Below are positions 1-11,300 of a stretch of 64,000 bases of DNA, piece after piece. Numbering within the stretch: the first letter of the stretch is position 1; every line of letters starts with the position of its first letter. A program made the position numbers and the translations under genes. Where the stretch lies: assembly GCA_013239625.1 (NCBI GenBank), contig MU056029.1, positions 682,001 through 746,000 on the forward strand. Reading direction: 5' to 3'. The stretch is from Lama guanicoe (taxonomy: Eukaryota). The notes beneath the pieces were generated by a model, which saw nothing but the letters and a program-made list of their open reading frames with translations, was not told where the DNA came from and did not search any database.

Positions 1-965
1 ACAAGTTCTTTTGCCTCTGAAAGCCCCATTTTTTTTTGCCTGTAAAGTGGAGATAATCATTTTCTTCCCTGGTTTAAAGGCTGTAAAGAAGACACGACAG
101 CCAATCCTTCTGACACGGCTACAGTGAGTTGACAGTATACATTGCTGCTCAGTGTTCTTGCATTTAACTAATCTGCTTTTCTCACTAATCACTACTGGTC
201 TCCTTCCAATAAACATAAATATAGCAAGAATTTCTTTTTCTTGTTTCTTCGACTATGAGGACAGACTTCTTCGACTGGAAAGGTCTGATGCTGTGCAGTA
301 ATCATTTGGTATTCCATTGATGTCACCTTAACTGTGAAATGTTGAAATTGAATTCAAAAGTGAGACCGGTGGCTCCTCGGCTCATCAGGAGGTGCAGGGC
401 ACCATCTCCCGTGGCCCTCCTTGGTTTAGTCTAGTTTTAAGTAGACTGTAGGAGTTTTGTGTCTTTATCCATACATCTTTTTTTTTTTCTTTGCTTCTCT
501 GGAGTTTTCTGCCTTTTAGGATATTTTAAGACCATTTACTCCATGAAACACAGGGATTTGTCAGACACCACCTGCTCATGATCAGCTTTCAAACCAAATG
601 AAGGTAAGAGGGTAGAGCACAGTGAGTTTGCCAAGGGAGGTAAGGCTAAGTGCAGAGGGATTCAAAGACAGGGAGATAAAAATCCCACTGAGTGGATGGG
701 GGAACACTTAGTGGAGGATGTTTGTTTGCAGCAGAAGTTGGAGACTGGGAAGGGTCTTGCTGAAAAGAGGAGGTGGGAAATCCCAGGAGAAAGTCTGTAT
801 CAGCAAAGACACAGAATTGGGGAACTCTGGCTCAGTCACCAGGGGAAAGTCCAGGTTCTTCCCCACAGAAGGGAACTGCAGAACCCAGAGAAGAAGGTTG
901 TGGGTTGAGCCGCCGTTATGGTGTGGAGAACCTGGAGTGTGGGGTTTAACCTGAGAGAAAGGCTG

Positions 966-1752
966 TGTCATCATCAAATCCACTGGAGGAAACTCAGCCC
1001 CTGTACCTCACTTGCCGAATTGAGACTCGAAGACAGAGTCCTGGATGAAGTAGAAAAGGCAGCTTTATTTCTTTGCAGGCAAAGGAGGTCCCAGTGGGCT
1101 AGTGCCTCCAAGACGGTGAGCCTGCTAGAGGGAGAAGGCAGGGGGTTTACAGTTAAAAGTTCAGGAGTTCAAGGGGGTGGAGTTGGTTTCCACAGAGATC
1201 CCATATAGGGTAACAAATTGTTACAAAGTTGTTCTTGGTTTTGCAGGTGCAGTGGTCTCCTTTCCTCTGCGGGGGATGAAGTTCACCTCCAGCTTTGGAA
1301 CTCTTCTAATATTCTTGTGCCTAGAACAAAGATGCTTAAGAAGGGGGTCTATGGAAAAGTGCTCTAGAGAAAAACTTGTGCACTTCAAAATCAGGCTGAT
1401 ATTTGCTTCTGGCATTTTAGTCAGGCTGAGGCTGGGGACCTCTTGTTGCAGTGTCTGCATAGCCGAGGACAACAGAATGCAAAGAATACACAGAATACAT
1501 AAGAAGGTAAAAATAACTGCAGACGTGTGCAACGAGGGTGAGTTATGAACAAGATGCACAAAACACCAAACGGCTGTCTCTGAGGTGTGGGAGCAAAAGG
1601 AAGAGGGTGGGCAGATGACCTGAGCCACCCCCTCCTTTCCAGCCCAATGCTGGTTGGCAAAAGCATGACAAAAGCCATTTAAACAATTATACAATTAAGC
1701 AGTTACAAATACAACACGGTCACCAGTGACAGCAGGTTCCTGCTCAGTTACA
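966..1752 (-). mobile_element. ERV1-like solo LTR (cetartiodactyl-type)
   Basis: TG...CA termini (TGTCATC...CTCAGTTACA). Minus-strand poly(A) signal (TTTATT at about 1064) in the context GACAGAGTCCTGGATGAAGTAGAAAAGGCAGCTTTATT, which I recall from artiodactyl LTRs. No clear TSD; left end uncertain. Confidence 0.6.
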
Positions 1753-2309
1753 TTTCTTGTGAGCCAAATACAGCCCCGTCCCTGCTCTCCATCAGCCCCA
1801 AGGCCCCCGATGACAGACACACCTGGGAGAATACAAAAGCGCCACCTACTCAGATTTGCCAGCTCAGGGTCAGCTAAGATGACACCCAAGGGTGTCAGCC
1901 AAGAGATGGGTGTAGTGGGGAAAACAGGCCATGAAAGTGAAAAAGTCTGTTGGTGAGGGCGTGTGCTCTGGAGAGTCCTCGGCACATGAGCCCGAGCAGT
2001 GTGCGAGACACCCTGGTGGGGATTTCAAGCGACACATTCAGGGGAGAAATCTGGCTGACAACGCTGGCTTGAGGTTCATTAGCAAACAGATGGAAGTTGG
2101 AAACAAGAAGGGAATACGATCCTCCCAGTGAGTATGTGGGTCATGAGATGTGGGCTTGTGGCGCCTATGAGGACACAAGACTGGAGAGACCAGGAGAAAA
2201 TCTATGAACAGGAACTGGGTAAATGCCATACACTGACACACTCCACCTCCTCTTTCCAGTGGGAGCAGTTGAAAAGGTAAACAAAACATTTCCCAGATGC
2301 ACGTGCAAC

Positions 2310-2832
2310 TGTAATAGAAAAGAACAAATCTGACTCCATATTAGATCTGTTCCTTTGGCTTTAACCCTGTGCTCTGTTTCCTACGCTTAGTCTTGCTGGT
2401 TCTGCACCTTTTGTAAAATAATGTTGCCTGGAGCCTGAAATAGACAGGAGAGCTCCTTCTCAAGGCTCTGACCTTTAAGGATACTAAAGCTTTTCTATTT
2501 ACATTAAGATAATAAGTTCCAGAATAGAAAATAACTTGTTTTGTTGGACAGGGACACCATGACCTGACCCACGTGGACAGCTGCAAGAACAAAGGATTCC
2601 AAGAACAAAGAATTCATATACTGAGAAGTTTGCAACAGCCAAGATACCCTCTCCCCTTTTTAGTACAAAAGGAGCCTGAATTCTGACTTGGAGAAGATGG
2701 TTCTCCAGGACATTAGTCTGCCATCTTCTCGGTCTGCCAACTTTCTGAATAAAGTTGCTAACATCTAACACCTCATCTCCCGATTTATTGGTCAATCGTG
2801 TGGCAAGCAGAATGAATTCGGACTCGGTGACA
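2310..2832 (+). mobile_element. ERV1-like solo LTR, family A copy 1
   Basis: TGTAATAG...GGTGACA termini and AATAAA at about 2748. Reverse-complement similarity to 28418-28934 and 34698-35192 (e.g. CTCAAGGCTCTGACCTTTAAGG vs CCTTAAAGGTCAGAGCCTTGAG). Confidence 0.85.
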
Positions 2833-4899
2833 GAATTAAGGTTTCAGATGACATTGAGTTTTTGCCAGTTAGATGTACCAACGCAGCACCAGGAGGGCTG
2901 CAGGGAGGCAGAGACCATCTTCCTCCTGCTGGCCAACAAATTGTGAGACCTGGAGCACTGGGGACAGTTTTGGGGGCTGGAATCAGCAGGCCAGCATGCA
3001 GTCACCAGCTTTGTGTATGCTGAGAGGCAGGCATGGAGGGCACAAGTGTGGCAAATGCAGATGTGACAGCTGCACCCCCCTGACCTCTAGATCATCCTTT
3101 TGGTGATGTTCCTTCAACTCTGCATCACAGTGGAAGCCCACTGACTTCCACTCTTTAGTTTATCCAGTGATTTTTGGCAAACAACGAATTCCCTGGATTA
3201 AAACCTTTTCCTCTTCTTGAAATGACTAGAATTTCTGTTTGCTTTCATGGAACTGGGGCTGATGAAGAAAATTTAAGGAAGCAGGGAGAAAAGAATATTT
3301 CAAACGGAAGGTGTGAGCTGCAGTATGGCATGTCAACAAGAGCTGATAAAAGTAAGTAAAAGACGTCTGCTGTATTCGGAAGCTTTTCTCTACCAAAGAG
3401 ATTCCAGTGGTATCTGGACAGGGCAGGTGGCAGGGCCGCCTGGACAGGTGTGCGCCCCATGGCAGGTTGAAGATCTGGTGTTCTTTCAGCCTTCCTAGGT
3501 TGATTAACAGCTTTTATTTTCTATAAGTAGGTGTCATAAACTTTATTAGGCTCATAACCCAGATGTTAGCTATCCCGTAGGTCTATTCATTGGGCTCTTC
3601 CAAAACTCCCTTTGTATGAAAGCATTGTTGAAAGATTAAAAATTAATGAAGAGCATGTTGGGGAGATAGAGAAGGAGGTTTACGTTGCATAAAGCATTTC
3701 ACACGAGGGCGTTTTGAGTGGATGTGCTCCCTCCCCAGGACTCTTTGTTTCTGTGGCCTGGCTACTGGGTCTCTTCTGCCTTTCTTTCCTGCTTCAGTGC
3801 TCAACCCATAAGGCCCCCAACCCTTACTTTCCAGACTGCTCCTCTTCCTTTTCAAATTCGATCCCTATTTCCTGCAGAGCAATTTAGCACTGTGGAAGCA
3901 TCAGTCTCCAAGCTGACACACATCCAGCCTCGGTCAATACTCTTAAGTGTGCTTATTTGCTCTGAATAAATCAGTGCATCACGTTCTCAAGATCAGCAAT
4001 TCCTAGATGCTAGTGGACCATTACAAAGAACAACTCAGAAAGTTTGCCACTCACACATTCACATCCACATCCACATGAGGAGTTCCCTACCCTGAATAGA
4101 GTGTAAACATTATGTATTTCACTGATTATATATGAAGACTCCAGCAAATGGTTGGGTTAACTGGTATGATAATTCAAAATTGTAGTCATGAATTTTAGTG
4201 CTTCTTTATAAGGAAATGGGTAATGGAAGGCAAATAGAAGCCATTAGGATGTGGACGTCAAGGAAGAAAGAGGCTAGATTTTGAATGGGTTGCCCATTAA
4301 GGATAGCAAAGGTGTCCAGGAGGACAGTTCCAGCATTGTGGTTGGAAAAGAAGGTGGGACCAAGGGCTAAACTGTTCAGTGAATGAGTGGGAGTGACAAG
4401 GGGATAGATGGATGGCAAGAATTCAGAGAGTTAGATGGTAGCAGAGATGAGTGACACCATGAAAATGGCATTGGGGAGGAAGAAAGAGACTTGCTGTTCT
4501 TCTCTTTGGGGAAATAGAGGTAGTTTCTGGGCTGTACCAGTATGTGGAAGAAGAGGAATCAGGACTGGTTAGGAAGTTTGTTCAAGAGTTCAGAAAAGAA
4601 ACAATGAGGGATTTGACCACAAAAGTGAAAGGGTTGGAGCAGAGGATGTGCTAAGTACTGTGCTAGGGATGCTCCCGTAGTGCAACCTCGGTGGTGATGG
4701 GAATTGAAAAGGGGTCAGGATGGGCTGGGCTTTGCTGCAGTAACAAACTCTGAAATCTCCTACCAGAGCACAACACAGGTTGAATGCTAAGCTCGTGCAA
4801 AGCCCAGTGCTGCCCAGGGAGTTTCTCCATAGTGTGAATGGGGCCAGGATCCTCCACCGGGATGCTGTCTGAGATTTCAGGGCATTCTTCCGAGTCAAG

Positions 4900-5800
4900 G
4901 CAAGGTGTAAACCAGTAACTTGTGTGGACTTATTATTTCATAAGAAAAAGTAAATGTAGAGAAACAAAACACAGCTCTCAAGTGTGGCTCACAATGGAGT
5001 AAAGGAGATAGAGTTGGAGAGGAGAATTTTAAGATAATTTTGACTCTTGAACTGTGTGTGTGTGTTATGTATATTACTCATCCATACATATATAAAATCT
5101 CTAATAACTTAAATCAGGGAGAAAAAAATGGGTCCTAATACTGAGCACAAACAGGAACAACTCCAAATTTATGTCAAATTGATACATGAAGATGTAGAGA
5201 AAATGTTACATTAAATAATCCTCAGTAGAGTTCTCTGATTCAAAATATTGATTAGGATACATTCTAAAGATAATGATAACTAAAAATAAAATTTAAAGCT
5301 CACTCAGTTTTACTGTTAATAATAATATTGTTTTGTAATTTAAATTTAAATGAATATTGTTGGATAAGCAAATACACATTTAACACTATTAGGAAGCAAT
5401 GTTTTAATGTCAGATTTAAAATAAAACAAAGAAGGTAAGAAAAAACTTTGTGATATTAAAATTTAATTGGAAATAACAGTATGAATTCATGCTAAAAAAA
5501 AATCCTAGCTCAGTCCACTTAAAGGGGTTAGAAGCAATGACATCCCAGTGGCAATCAACACACACGATATTTATATTTCCCACATAAAAGGACTAGACCT
5601 TCTTTGAGAAATGCTGAGTCATGGTTGGGCAAGGAAAAATAATAAATGAGTCAGACACCATGTTGAACTGGAAATCAAGGTAGAATATAGAGACTCGCAG
5701 AGTGATATCAGAAGAATGTGGGCATGGGTTTGAAAGGACTCACTGCAGGGTTTGGGTCGATTTGAGCAGTGAAGAGAATAATTAATGTAATTGACAGTAA
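4900..5800 (+). mobile_element. Old L1 (L1M-type) 3' region remnant
   Basis: A-rich degenerate sequence with motifs such as CCTAGCTCAGTCCACT...AGAAGCAATGACATCCCAGTGGCAAT typical of old L1MC/ME 3' ends (recalled). Confidence 0.45.
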
Positions 5801-5899
5801 CCTTGGGGCTGGCAAACAGTAGTCTTCATGATCTGCGCGTGTGTGTGCGTGCATGTGTGTGTGGTCATGTGAGTGCTCCGGCATGACCTAAGCTCTTAC

Positions 5900-6380
5900 T
5901 ACAATGTGGCTGGAAGTCTTCCTAGTGAGATGAAGCATTCTTCCCATGGATGCAGATTTGTGTTTGTGACTCCTCCAGCCCACAGAGGATGCAAACACAG
6001 AGTGTGGCTTCCAAGGCTAGGTCATGGAAAGGATAAAGCATCTTCCTGCCTCTCTCTCTCTCCCCCCTAATGCTTGCCCTTGGGGTCATCCTGTAAGGAA
6101 ACCAAAGTCAGCACATGCAGAGAGACCACATGGAGAGGATCTAGGGGGTACAGCTCAGGGGTAGAGCATTTGACTGCACATGGAGAGGATCTTGCTGGGC
6201 GGAGCTGAAGCCCTCAGCCAAAACCCAGAATCAACAATCAGACGTAAATGAGTGATAGCCCCTCAGCTCATCCCAGTTCCCAGCCTTCAATGAGATGAAC
6301 CATCCCTCTGTCCAGATGCCCTACTCTGTTCAAATTCCCGACCCACAGAATCAGTGCGTGCCATATATTTCCTGCCACTA
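5900..6380 (+). mobile_element. MaLR (MLT1-like) LTR remnant, host of the tRNA-half insertion
   Basis: MLT1-like motifs CTTCCAAGGCTAGGTCAT, CCACATGGAGAGG and AAATTCCCGACCCACAGAATC. Confidence 0.65.
6144..6178 (+). pseudogene. Tailless 5'-half tRNA-Cys(GCA) retropseudogene
   Basis: GGGGGTACAGCTCAGGGGTAGAGCATTTGACTGCA matches the first 35 nt of mammalian tRNA-Cys-GCA as I recall it (one mismatch) and ends at the anticodon. Flanked by the perfect direct repeat CACATGGAGAGGATCT (6127-6142 and 6177-6192). No poly(A) tail. Confidence 0.9.
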
Positions 6381-6389
6381 TATTTTTGA

Positions 6390-6755
6390 AATTTTTATTC
6401 ATTTATTTTTTATTTTCAAAAATTATGGTGAAATATACATAACATAAAATTAACCATCTTTAACTATTTTAAAGTGTACAGTTCAGCGGCATTAAGTACA
6501 TTCACCTTGCTGTGTGACGGTCTCTACCATCCATTTCCAGAACTCTTTCATCTTCCCAAACTAAAACTTTCCACCTGTTAAATAAAAACTCCCAATTCCT
6601 CACTCACTCCAGCTCCTGGGGTCACTACCTTCTGTCTGTATGAGTGTGATTGCTTGGGGCACCTCATGAAGGTGGAATCATACAGTATTTGTCCCTTTCT
6701 GACTGGCTTACTTCACTTGGCATATCTTCAAGGTCCATCCATGTTGTATTGTAGC
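6390..6755 (-). mobile_element. L1MA/MB-type 3' end
   Basis: T-rich tail then GGTGAAATATACATAACATAAAATTAACCAT...CTGGCTTACTTCACTTGGCAT, the reverse complement of an older L1 3' UTR. Confidence 0.8.
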
Positions 6756-7158
6756 ACATTCTAAGGGAAATAAGCCAGACAGAGAAAAGTACCATATTAT
6801 GCCACTCATATGTGGAATATAAAAAAAAAAGACAAATGTGCTTATTTACAAAACAGAAACAGACTCACAGACATAGAAAACAAACTTATGGTTGCCAGGG
6901 GCAGGAAGGGGGTGGGAAGGGATAAATTGGGAGTTCAAGATTTGCAGTTACTAACTACTATATATAAAACAGATAAACAACAAGTTTCTTCCTTATAGCA
7001 CAGAGAACTATATTCAGTATCTTGTAGTAACTTATGGTGAAAAGAGTATGAAAATGAATTAATGTATGTGCATGTATGACTGAAGCATTGTGCTGCACAC
7101 CAGAAATTGACACAACATTGTAAACTGCCTACACTTCAATAAAAATATATTGAAAAAA
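6756..7158 (+). mobile_element. Lineage-specific L1 3' end (5'-truncated)
   Basis: ACAAAACAGAAACAGACTCACAGACATAGAAAACAAACTTATGG...CACCAGAAATTGACACAACATTGTAAACTG...AATAAAA; shared with the copies at 29.6, 48.3 and 59.5 kb. Confidence 0.9.
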
Positions 7159-7469
7159 TGTTTTTTCAGCTAACCCTTTATCTGGCAATTTCCACATTCA
7201 GAGTGCCTCTGTTTATTTTTTTCTAACTCTCTAGTACAATAAAAAGCATCACTACAATTGTTTGTTCATGTGGTTGACATTGTTATAATTATGATACTTA
7301 ATATTACCCAGTTAACACCCTCATAACAGCACAAGACAATCTCCAGGAGATATTCACTTCTTTAACATCTGACCCTGGGAACTGAATTCGAGTTTCTTGG
7401 TTTTAGGGTCAATATGATTTTTTTCTGTACTTTTACGAGTAAGACTCATTTGGTGAACCTTCTCAAAAT

Positions 7470-7575
7470 TCAGATTCTACGTCCAAATCCAAAGATCTGC
7501 TTTGATATATGTCTGGCTTTGGGGTCCGAGGTCTGCATTTTTACCCAGCACTCCAGGTGATCCTGAAGACGCCTG
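7470..7575. mobile_element. MER5-like hAT-Charlie fragment
   Basis: GGTCTGCATTTTTACCCAGCACTCCAGGTGATCCTGA motif. Similar fragments at about 16690-16800, 28935-28990, 39450-39560 and 61640-61790. Confidence 0.55.
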
Positions 7576-7989
7576 CTCTCCTGAAAAAGCACTGCCACAT
7601 TTTGTTTTCAGGGGAGCCCGTGACACAGAGGCAGAAGCTCGGAACCTGCGCTAAAGGATCACGTGCCATGAGGCTGATTCGAAGGGGACCACGCCGAGGC
7701 TCGAAGCCCGTGAAGTCAGGCGGAGGAGCCCAGCATGGCACGTCGGATGCGCTGTGCTCTTGCCAGGGAGTGAGGCACAGATATGGGGGAAGTGTCACAT
7801 TAGCATTGGCTTTGGGGCCAGAGATGGGATTTTCAGTCTGTTACTTGGATTGGGGGCAGGGTTTCATGACCAGGAGGTCGTGTCTGAGGCAGAGTGGAGA
7901 CTGTCCCTACGCACAGAGGAAAAGCGCGTTTGCTGAGCCAGGCTCACCCCGGCCAATGCTTTTGCAAATAGTATTTCATTGAAGCCTTG

Positions 7990-8340
7990 TTGCAACGTAC
8001 TCAGCCAGGCAGCTAATCTTATACCTCCCATTTACGGATGACAGTAGTCTCAGAGGCGTTCAATAACACATTCAGGGGTGCAGCAGGCGATGGGTTTTCC
8101 ACTGGTTAGCGCTTTCCGCTGTGCCGAGTTCCTCCAGAGCAGGGCCCGTGGGAGCCATGGACGTGTGGTCGCATTGGGCACAGTCATTAGAACTCACGTG
8201 GTGCTTTGATTTCCTCATTTGAAACCAGGAAGTATCACACCTCCTTCTCACGGTCATTTTGAAGACGAAAGAAGGCGATGCTTGTGTAGACTTGGCATGG
8301 CTCCTGGCATGGCTTAATGTTCAATAAATAATGGTTGTTA
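7990..8340. mobile_element. MIR fragments
   Basis: CCCATTTACGGATGACAGTAGTCTCAGAGG and TTTCCTCATTTGAAA...TTCAATAAATA core-like motifs. Other MIR-like pieces at about 19640-19790, 36410-36530, 47150-47370, 58940-59100 and 63600-63690. Confidence 0.55.
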
Positions 8341-11300
8341 CCGGTATGTAGTTAGAAAGCTGGTGACGATGGAGAAGGTAAGCTCTTCCTTTGTTGTTGT
8401 TGTTCTTGTTTTAATCATTTCAAAACTGAGACTTCTGCCGTCAATTGTGGAATTAAAAAGTGGGGAAATGAACCAGTCTGGCAAGTCTCATCTCTAGCAA
8501 TGCTTTGAATGCAGTGTTCCATGTTAACAAAAACTTGTCGATCGGCCTGATTCTTCCACCATGGCGTCATAACCATGGGATGCAGGGCACCTATAGGCTG
8601 CCTTGCCACCTTTAGTGCCTCCTGGAAGCATCTTGTAAAGTGCTTGGCACGCAGCAGGTCCTCGGTGGGACCACATCTGAGCTGGCTGAAGCCAACGTGG
8701 CAAGAAGCGTGGGGAGCCCTCTGTCCATCACGTTCTCCTCTTCCATCTGCCGCTCCTCCTGTTATATTGTTACTTATGTTATTGCCTTCCAAACAGCCAA
8801 TTTCAACTCCTTTTACACCTCTTCTGCTTATTTCCCCTGCTGAGACTATGTTTACTTTCACTTTTTCACCCTTATTTAAAATTTGCACCCAAACTCTAGC
8901 AAGGCCAGACAGATAAATCTTATTATATAACCATGTTAGGATGCTGTTTGACTTCATTTTAAGTCTGTGTATGGAACATAAATGGAGACCAACTAAAGGA
9001 CATACTCCTAGTTTATCATCGCTTCATTTAAGAAAATAAATAAAAACAGTTATTAATTTGAAAAGTTGGATCCTAAAGAAAAAATACAACTAAATCTTGA
9101 CGATGCAATATTGGCAGTATTGATAGGCAGCTAAAACATGAGTCTGACACACCATTTTAAGTCTATATTAATAAAATCTATAAGCATGTTTTTAGTTTGG
9201 TATTCATTCAACCTAATGATACTTTATCCCTTTTACTTTTATTGCTTTATTTTAGTCTTCCTGTGCTGGCTGTCATTAAAGTACGTTAGTTACCATGGCG
9301 ATGACAATGAAAAAGATGTGGAAGGCACACAGTAGTACCCAGAGCTATAAGTGAGATGCGGCTTATACACCAGGTGAACACCGGCACATACAACATGAAG
9401 CAATTAAGGAAGTTCTTTTTAGAAATTCCTTTCATAAATGATGTGGGTATTCTGTTCGATTAGCTGATGAATACATTTAAATCAGATCATTCTTATTTAG
9501 CACTCATTGCATAAAGAGGTATCTGAATGTTTTCTGATTATGAAACCTGCATTTGATGCAACGTTTTCATCGTAACCCTCCCCATCATCATCTCTGATGA
9601 CTTTCTGAGAGATTATCTTTGGGGCTGTTCACTCAGACAAAATGCTAAATACTTGTGGGTCAAACACTTTCACGTGGATTTTATGGTGTAGAAAATGTTA
9701 GCCGGATAGCTGTAGTGGTTGTGATTAACAGTTTAATGGTGAATTCAGCAAAAACAATTCACAATAAGGGGTGGTGAAGCAGAGAGAGTTAAATGAGTAG
9801 CAAGATCAGGTTTTTCTTCTCCATTAGGGAAACTTGGCTGCCTACCCTGGTGTTTGCCACCCTGCGCTGCTGGAAAGGACCAATTCAGGGAATTGGCAAA
9901 ACACCCTATTTCAATGCACATACTACTCCCCATCACTTCCTCTACATCTGCCATGATGTGCAATGTACACGGTGCCCAAGTACCGTCACAGAGGGTGGGA
10001 TGTTTCTCTCTGCACAGCCGAGTCGTGCTGTTTCCCATCGGAACACTCAGACTGAGTCCTGAACACCTCAGGGAGCACCTGGAAGCTCTGTACTGTGGAT
10101 TTTTTCAATTGTGTTCAGTTTCTTCCAGGTTGGACTTCATTCTTACATCTGCTTACCTTCATATAGCTTTCCCCATCTTATGGCTGGATTTTCCCATCTG
10201 GATGTGTTTCAACATGTTTGAACATCAACTGTTGTATGTGTCCCTTTGTCAGGGGTTAGAAGTACTTTCCAGAGAAGGGACTCATGTGTGTAGGATCATT
10301 TTGGTTACCCATGAATGGCAGGGGAAGAAGTGAGATGGGAGGATGCTTTGAAGGACTTAAAGTACCAAATTTCTAATTAGAATAAGGGTAATTTCAGGAG
10401 TAAGTGAATAACCAGAAAGACTTCAGGGCACAAGAATTGTATGAGACAAATGTTCTAAAGCAGGAAGACAAAGTACAGAGTGAGAGCAACTGATAGAGAG
10501 GCTTCTGCCTTTAAAAGTCTTGAGCAGTGATGAAAAGTTAGAAGAGATGGAAAATGTTACATTGATACATAAGTGGATAATATGGGAGAACAATGAACCA
10601 TGGGTGAATGTAGGGGGGAGAAATCCAACAGTCAACAAGGCAGGTGGAGTGTGGCTGTCTGAAACCAAGGGCATGTATTTTTCTGTCTGAAAAAAATGTT
10701 TTCTATCGTCTTAATACCCCTTCTGAGATACAGATCTCTCTGTGTCTCTGGTGTGCCTGTCCATCGTGTGTCCCCAGAAGGTGGACATCAGGCACGGTGT
10801 GCAGCATTCTGCCAAGTGCTCTTGAGCTTATTCGTTCGTGGAAGCCTCTTTCTCCCCCGAGGTCACCTCCCAGGCGCAGATTTCTGAGGAACCCACTTTG
10901 GGAAGGACAGCTCCGTTGTTCCTCTTGAGACTCTCGTACCGTGGGACACACAGGAGGCGCTGTTATTTGTCCAGCACATGGAGGCAGCAGAGGACGCTGC
11001 TGTGGACAGAGGCTGGGGGCTCTGCATCCCTAGATTCCATCCAGCCTCCTCGGGGGCCGAGGGGTCTGTCTTCAAGGGCAGACGTGCCATTGTCTGCAGC
11101 ACAGGTGTGCATGGGCGCAGCTGCAGGGTGGCTCCGCTCTGTCCTGTTCTTTCCCCATTTCAGGTATAGCCCTGAAGCCAGAAACTTAAGGCAGTTAGTG
11201 CAATAATGTCATTTTCTCCCAAGTTCTAACCATCCCCTCCTCGTCCCTGGGGAACCGATTACAGCCGCACTGAGGCAAGGAACTCTCATGGCTGGCATGA

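Noticed and set aside
6390..7158. Head-to-head L1 pieces as a second twin-priming event
   Set aside because: Both pieces carry their own 3' end and look like different subfamilies, so independent insertions are more likely.
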